Source: a virus
Taxonomy: Duplodnaviria > Heunggongvirae > Uroviricota > Caudoviricetes
DNA: 10,684 nt
Direction: 5' to 3' (one strand)
Virus record (IMG/VR): IMGVR_UViG_2671180643_000008
The notes beneath the pieces were generated by a model that saw only the letters and a list, made by a program, of their open reading frames with translations, was not told where the DNA came from and did not search any database. Positions 6,654 through 10,684 of the stretch are shown piece by piece; the stretch's first letter is position 1; every line of letters starts with the position of its first letter. The translations under genes and the position numbers were made by a program.

Positions 6654-8148
6654 TCTTTCACACATTATTGCCGCAGCATTCAATGAACCGCTGCTTCTGG
6701 AGCCCGCCTATGCGCGGGTTTTCTTTTGCGCGCTCGGGCGCGAGATGGGGGCATCAAGTCTTTCGGTACCACAACAGCAGGTACAGTTTGATGCTCCCGG
6801 AATGCTGGCTGAAACGGACGAGTACATGGCCGGAGGTAAACGACCGGCCCGTGTTTACCGGGTGGTGAACGGTATTGCTGTACTGCCGGTGACCGGCACG
6901 CTGGTGCACCGGCTGGGGGGTATGCGGCCATTTTCCGGAATGACAGGCTATGACGGCATTGTCGCCTGTCTTCAGCAGGCAATGGCGGATAGCCAGGTGC
7001 GGGGCGTACTGCTGGACATTGACAGTCCGGGCGGGCAGGCCGCCGGCGCGTTTGACTGCGCTGACATGATTTACCGCCTCCGTCAGCAGAAGCCGGTCTG
7101 GGCACTGTGCAATGACACGGCCTGCTCTGCAGCCATGCTGCTGGCGTCGGCCTGCTCCCGACGGCTGGTTACCCAGACATCCCGTATCGGCTCCATTGGC
7201 GTGATGATGAGCCATGTCAGCTATGCCGGTCATCTGGCGCAGGCCGGTGTTGATATCACGCTGATTTACTCAGGGGCGCACAAGGTGGATGGCAATCAGT
7301 TTGAAGCGTTGCCGGCAGAGGTTCGCCAGGACATGCAACAGCGCATTGATGCGGCGCGCCGGATGTTTGCTGAAAAAGTGGCGATGTATACCGGTCTGTC
7401 TGTTGATGCTGTCACGGGAACAGAGGCCGCCGTTTTTGAAGGTCAGTCCGGCATTGAGGCCGGGCTGGCGGATGAATTAATCAATGCGTCGGATGCCATC
7501 AGTGTGATGGCCACGGCGCTGAACAGTAATGTCAGAGGAGGCACTATGCCGCAATTAACTGCAACGGAAGCCGCCGCGCAGGAGAACCAGCGAGTGATGG
7601 GGATCCTGACATGCCAGGAAGCGAAAGGACGTGAACAGCTTGCCACGATGCTGGCAGGACAACAGGGCATGAGCGTTGAACAGGCCCGGGCGATTCTGGC
7701 CGCGGCGGCACCACAGCAGCCGGTGGCATCCGCGCAGAGTGAAGCCGATCGCATTATGGCGTGTGAAGAAGCGAAAGGTCGTGAACAACTGGCGGCAACG
7801 CTGGCGGCGATGCCGGAGATGACGGTGGAAAAAGCCCGCCCGATCCTGGCTGCTTCACCGCAGGCGGATGCCGGACCCTCACTCCGTGATCAGATCATGG
7901 CACTGGATGAGGCAAAAGGGGCTGAGGCGCAGGCTGAACAGCTGGCTGCCTGCCCGGGAATGACTGTGGAGAGCGCCCGGGCTGTGCTGGCTGCGGGATC
8001 AGGTAAGGCAGAACCGGTCTCTGCATCCACAACCGCCATGTTTGAACGCATCATGGCGAACCATTCACCGGCAGCGGTACAGGGTGGCGTGCCACAGACG
8101 TCAGCAGACGGTGATGCGGACGTGAAAATGCTCATGGCCATGCCATGA
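6643..8148 (+). CDS. C: Head maturation protease / minor capsid protein C (S49 ClpP-like family)
   Basis: GTG start overlaps the B stop (GTGAGACGTAA). The N-terminus MRRNLSHIIAAAFNEPLLLEPAYARVFFCAL matches lambda gpC as recalled. Also conserved: GIAVLPVTGTLV, GAFDCADMI, KPVWAL, LLASACSRRLVTQTSRIGSIGVMM and ITLIYSGAHKVDGN. Confidence 0.85.
   Translation: MRRNLSHIIAAAFNEPLLLEPAYARVFFCALGREMGASSLSVPQQQVQFDAPGMLAETDEYMAGGKRPARVYRVVNGIAVLPVTGTLVHRLGGMRPFSGMTGYDGIVACLQQAMADSQVRGVLLDIDSPGGQAAGAFDCADMIYRLRQQKPVWALCNDTACSAAMLLASACSRRLVTQTSRIGSIGVMMSHVSYAGHLAQAGVDITLIYSGAHKVDGNQFEALPAEVRQDMQQRIDAARRMFAEKVAMYTGLSVDAVTGTEAAVFEGQSGIEAGLADELINASDAISVMATALNSNVRGGTMPQLTATEAAAQENQRVMGILTCQEAKGREQLATMLAGQQGMSVEQARAILAAAAPQQPVASAQSEADRIMACEEAKGREQLAATLAAMPEMTVEKARPILAASPQADAGPSLRDQIMALDEAKGAEAQAEQLAACPGMTVESARAVLAAGSGKAEPVSASTTAMFERIMANHSPAAVQGGVPQTSADGDADVKMLMAMP
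7546..8148 (+). CDS. nu3: Putative Nu3-like scaffolding protein from an in-frame internal start within C
   Basis: GAGGAGG (7535-7541) precedes in-frame ATG 7546, giving a 200-aa product co-terminal with C. This mirrors the lambda C/Nu3 arrangement, where Nu3 is the C-terminal roughly 200 aa of the C frame. The internal start is inferred, not demonstrated. Confidence 0.35.
   Translation: MPQLTATEAAAQENQRVMGILTCQEAKGREQLATMLAGQQGMSVEQARAILAAAAPQQPVASAQSEADRIMACEEAKGREQLAATLAAMPEMTVEKARPILAASPQADAGPSLRDQIMALDEAKGAEAQAEQLAACPGMTVESARAVLAAGSGKAEPVSASTTAMFERIMANHSPAAVQGGVPQTSADGDADVKMLMAMP
7591..8060 (+). repeat. Three diverged tandem copies of a roughly 47-50-aa module in the C/Nu3 C-terminal region
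   Basis: Protein repeats: RVMGILTCQEAKGREQLATMLAGQQGMSVEQARAILAAAAP... / RIMACEEAKGREQLAATLAAMPEMTVEKARPILAASPQ... / QIMALDEAKGAEAQAEQLAACPGMTVESARAVLAAGSG..., plus a partial fourth start (ERIMANH). Consensus IM-x3-EAKG-x-E-x6-LA-x2-P-x-MTVE-x-AR-x-ILAA. The nucleotide copies are diverged, so the duplication is old. Confidence 0.5.
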
Positions 8149-8184
8149 AGCCAGTGCTGACCATCAACAGGAGGTTTTTACAAT

Positions 8185-8532
8185 ATGGTGACGAAAACTA
8201 TCACTGAACAGCGTGCGGAAGTACGTATTTTTGCCGGTAATGATCCGGCTCATACCGCCACAGGCAGCAGCGGGATTTCCTCGGCAACACCGGCACTGAC
8301 GCCCCTGATGCTGGATGAGGCCACCGGGAAACTGGTGGTCTGGGACGGACAAAAAGCCGGTAGTGCGGTTGGCATACTGGTACTGCCGCTTGAAGGCACA
8401 GAGACGGCGCTGACCTATTACAAGTCGGGGACCTTTGCGACGGAGGCAATCCGCTGGCCTGACAGTGTGGATGAACACAAAAAGGCAAATGCCTTTGCCG
8501 GCAGTGCCCTGAGTCACGCGGCGCTGCCGTAA
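8185..8532 (+). CDS. D: Head decoration protein (gpD family)
   Basis: The 115-aa product carries the motifs DPAHTAT, TPLMLD, KLVVWDG, AVGIL, YYKSGTF and AFAG shared with lambda gpD as recalled. AGGAGG SD 10 nt before ATG 8185. Confidence 0.85.
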   Translation: MVTKTITEQRAEVRIFAGNDPAHTATGSSGISSATPALTPLMLDEATGKLVVWDGQKAGSAVGILVLPLEGTETALTYYKSGTFATEAIRWPDSVDEHKKANAFAGSALSHAALP

Positions 8533-8540
8533 CACGTTAT

Positions 8541-8560
8541 CAGGCCACCGCGGTGGCCTG
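8541..8560. repeat. Perfect 20-bp palindrome in the D-E intergenic spacer
   Basis: CAGGCCACCG|CGGTGGCCTG is its own reverse complement, 9 nt after the D stop and 29 nt before the E start. It can form a 10-bp hairpin with no loop or a cruciform. Confidence 0.6.
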
Positions 8561-8589
8561 ACTGATTTCTGAATGAAAGGAACTGATTT

Positions 8590-9618
8590 ATGGGATTGTT
8601 TACGACCCGCCAGTTACTCGGTTATACCGAACAAAAAGTGAAATTTCGTGCGCTGTTTCTGGAGCTGTTTTTCCGCCGTACGGTGAATTTCCATACCGAA
8701 GAGGTGATGCTGGACAAAATTACCGGAAAAACGCCGGTGGCGGCCTATGTCTCCCCGGTTGTTGAAGGAAAAGTGCTGCGTCATCGCGGTGGTGAAACCC
8801 GCGTGTTACGTCCGGGCTACGTCAAGCCGAAACACGAATTTAATTACCAGCAGGCGGTTGAGCGTCTTCCCGGTGAAGATCCGGCTCAACTGAACGACCC
8901 GGCCTACCGTCGTCTGCGTATCATCACCGATAACCTCAAACAGGAAGAGCATGCCATTGTCCAGGTGGAAGAAATGCAGGCGGTGAATGCCGTGCTGTAT
9001 GGCAAATACACCATGGAAGGGGATCAGTTTGATACTGTCGAGGTGGATTTTGGACGCTCTGAAGGAAATAACATTGAGCAGGCCGACGGTAAAAAATGGT
9101 CTGAGCAGGACCGTGATACGTTTGATCCGACGCATGATATTGACCTCTACTGCGATCAGGCCAGCGGTCTTGTGAATATTGCCATTATGGACGGTACTGT
9201 CTGGCGTCTGCTGAATGGTTTTAAGCTGTTCCGCGAAAAACTGGATACCCGTCGCGGCTCAAATTCACAACTCGAAACGGCAGTGAAAGACCTGGGGGCG
9301 GTGGTGTCTTTCAAAGGGTATTACGGCGATCTGGCCATTGTGGTGGCGAAAACGTCTTATGTGGCAGAGGACGGTACCGAAAAACGTTATCTGCCGGAGG
9401 GCACGCTGGTCCTGGGAAATACGGCTGCAGATGGGATCCGTTGTTACGGTGCCATTCAGGATGCGCAGGCGTTGTCCGAAGGTGTGGTGGCTTCTTCCCG
9501 TTACCCGAAACACTGGCTGACCGTGGGCGATCCGGCCCGTGAATTTACCATGACGCAGTCCGCACCGCTGATGGTGCTGCCGGATCCGGATGAGTTTGTG
9601 GTGGTACAGGTGAAATAA
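8590..9618 (+). CDS. E: Major capsid protein (gpE family)
   Basis: The 342-aa product shows extended identity blocks to lambda gpE as recalled (PGYVKPKHE, DPAYRR-RII, QVEEMQAV-AVL-GKYTM, KLDTRRGSNS-LETAVKDLG, REFTM-QSAPLM-L-DPDEFV). Synteny D-E-FI. Confidence 0.9.
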   Translation: MGLFTTRQLLGYTEQKVKFRALFLELFFRRTVNFHTEEVMLDKITGKTPVAAYVSPVVEGKVLRHRGGETRVLRPGYVKPKHEFNYQQAVERLPGEDPAQLNDPAYRRLRIITDNLKQEEHAIVQVEEMQAVNAVLYGKYTMEGDQFDTVEVDFGRSEGNNIEQADGKKWSEQDRDTFDPTHDIDLYCDQASGLVNIAIMDGTVWRLLNGFKLFREKLDTRRGSNSQLETAVKDLGAVVSFKGYYGDLAIVVAKTSYVAEDGTEKRYLPEGTLVLGNTAADGIRCYGAIQDAQALSEGVVASSRYPKHWLTVGDPAREFTMTQSAPLMVLPDPDEFVVVQVK

Positions 9619-9625
9619 TCCGTGA

Positions 9626-9656
9626 GCGGGGGCGAAATGCCCCCGTGTCTTTTTTC
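9626..9656 (+). terminator. Intrinsic-terminator-like hairpin immediately after the major capsid gene
   Basis: GCGGGGGC (9626-9633), loop GAAAT, GCCCCCG (9639-9645), then TGTC and TTTTTT (9650-9655). Located 8 nt after the E stop and 14 nt before the FI start. Confidence 0.5.
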
Positions 9657-9669
9657 ACAGGGGGATGAT

Positions 9670-10044
9670 ATGGCAACGAAAGAGCAAAATCTGAAACGGC
9701 TTGATGAACTGGCCCTGATTCTGGGGCGTGAGCCGGATATATCCGGGAGTGCCGCAGAGATAGCGCAGCGGGTGGCAGAATGGGAAGAGGAAATGCAGTC
9801 ATCCGGCGATGATGTACAGGTTATGAATATGGATATCCGGGAGAGGGAAAACGCGGCTCATGATGTTCGTGAGGAAACATCCGGCGCGTTAACGCGCATC
9901 AGAGTTCTGACCTGCCTCCATCTCTGTGGCGTTGATGGTGAAACGGGGGAATCCGTTGAGCTTGCGGATGTTGGTCGGGTGATTCTGATTATGTCCTCAG
10001 ATGCAAAAACACACGTTGATGGTGGAATGGCTGTTTATGCGTGA
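9670..10044 (+). CDS. FI: Probable gpFI-like DNA-packaging / head assembly protein
   Basis: A 124-aa acidic protein (MATKEQNLKRLDELALILGREPDISGSAAEIAQRVAEWEEEM...) in the FI position between E and FII. AGGGGGA SD 5 nt upstream. The stop overlaps the FII start (ATGCGTGA). The call rests mainly on synteny and size; sequence similarity to lambda FI is only loosely recalled. Confidence 0.6.
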   Translation: MATKEQNLKRLDELALILGREPDISGSAAEIAQRVAEWEEEMQSSGDDVQVMNMDIRERENAAHDVREETSGALTRIRVLTCLHLCGVDGETGESVELADVGRVILIMSSDAKTHVDGGMAVYA

Positions 10045-10390
10045 TTTTCAGAATGCCTTTGATGCCGCCCTTGCCGGGGTGGACAGTACGATTGTTGAAG
10101 TGATGGGCATCAGTGCGCAGTTCACCTCCGGTGCACAGCGTGGCGGCGAAGTTCAGGGGGTTTTTGACGATCCGGAGTCGCTGGGGTTTGCCGGTAGCGG
10201 GGTCCGTATTGAAGGAAGCTGCCCGTCATTATTTGTACGGACGGATACGGTTCGTGCTGTGCGGCGTGGTGACACGCTGACCATTAATGGTGAGACATTC
10301 TGGGTGGATCGTGTTTCTCCGGATGACGGGGGCAGTTGTTATCTCTGGCTCAACCGTGGGCAACCACCGGCAGTTAACCGGCGACGATAA
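10037..10390 (+). CDS. FII: Head-tail connector / head completion protein gpFII
   Basis: Translation MRDFQNAFDAALAGVDSTIVEVMGISAQFTSGAQRGGEVQGVFDDPESLGFAGSGVRIEGSCPSLFVRTDTVRAVRRGDTLTINGETFWVDRVSPDDGGSCYLWLNRGQPPAVNRRR is 117 aa and closely matches lambda gpFII as recalled (GVFDDPE, PSLFVRTD, RRGDTLTI, FWVDRVSPDDGGSC, PPAVNRRR). Confidence 0.8.
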   Translation: MRDFQNAFDAALAGVDSTIVEVMGISAQFTSGAQRGGEVQGVFDDPESLGFAGSGVRIEGSCPSLFVRTDTVRAVRRGDTLTINGETFWVDRVSPDDGGSCYLWLNRGQPPAVNRRR

Positions 10391-10404
10391 ACGCAGGGTG
10401 AATT

Positions 10405-10684
<280 letters not shown>

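Noticed and set aside
6680-7233. Overlapping minus-strand ORFs of 141 and 159 aa, plus other short ORFs at 7443-8141
   Set aside because: All are antisense or out of frame within the conserved C protease/scaffold gene. No independent coding evidence.
7591-8060. Possible CRISPR array or nucleotide-level tandem repeat
   Set aside because: The repetition is at protein level with diverged nucleotide sequence and unequal unit lengths, inside a coding frame. There are no short identical direct repeats with unique spacers.
8185-8535. Minus-strand ORFs of 95 and 123 aa overlapping the decoration gene
   Set aside because: Antisense to a well-conserved gpD homolog. Spurious.

Overview
This window is the late (lysis-to-head) region of a lambda-like prophage or phage from an enterobacterium, probably Escherichia/Shigella. 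All calls rest on reading the ORF translations and on recalled family knowledge; no database search was run. Order on the + strand: the 3' end of an endolysin gene, a small hydrophobic ORF, Rz with embedded Rz1, an AT-rich accessory island carrying a 104-aa PerC/Pch-family regulator, a convergent ribbon-helix-helix gene on the - strand, the cos site, and then head genes in lambda order (Nu1, A, W, B, C/Nu3, D, E, FI, FII, Z). The cosN sequence matches lambda as I recall it, but cosB and the Nu1 N-terminus are divergent. Two lesions stand out: the terminase large-subunit gene is broken by a one-base insertion in a G6 run (3205-3210), and gene Z is truncated after 64 codons where an apparent IS3-family element begins. 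No rRNA, tRNA or CRISPR array was seen. I did not find an obviously novel multi-gene system; the candidate accessory content is the PerC-like regulator island and two unannotated small ORFs.
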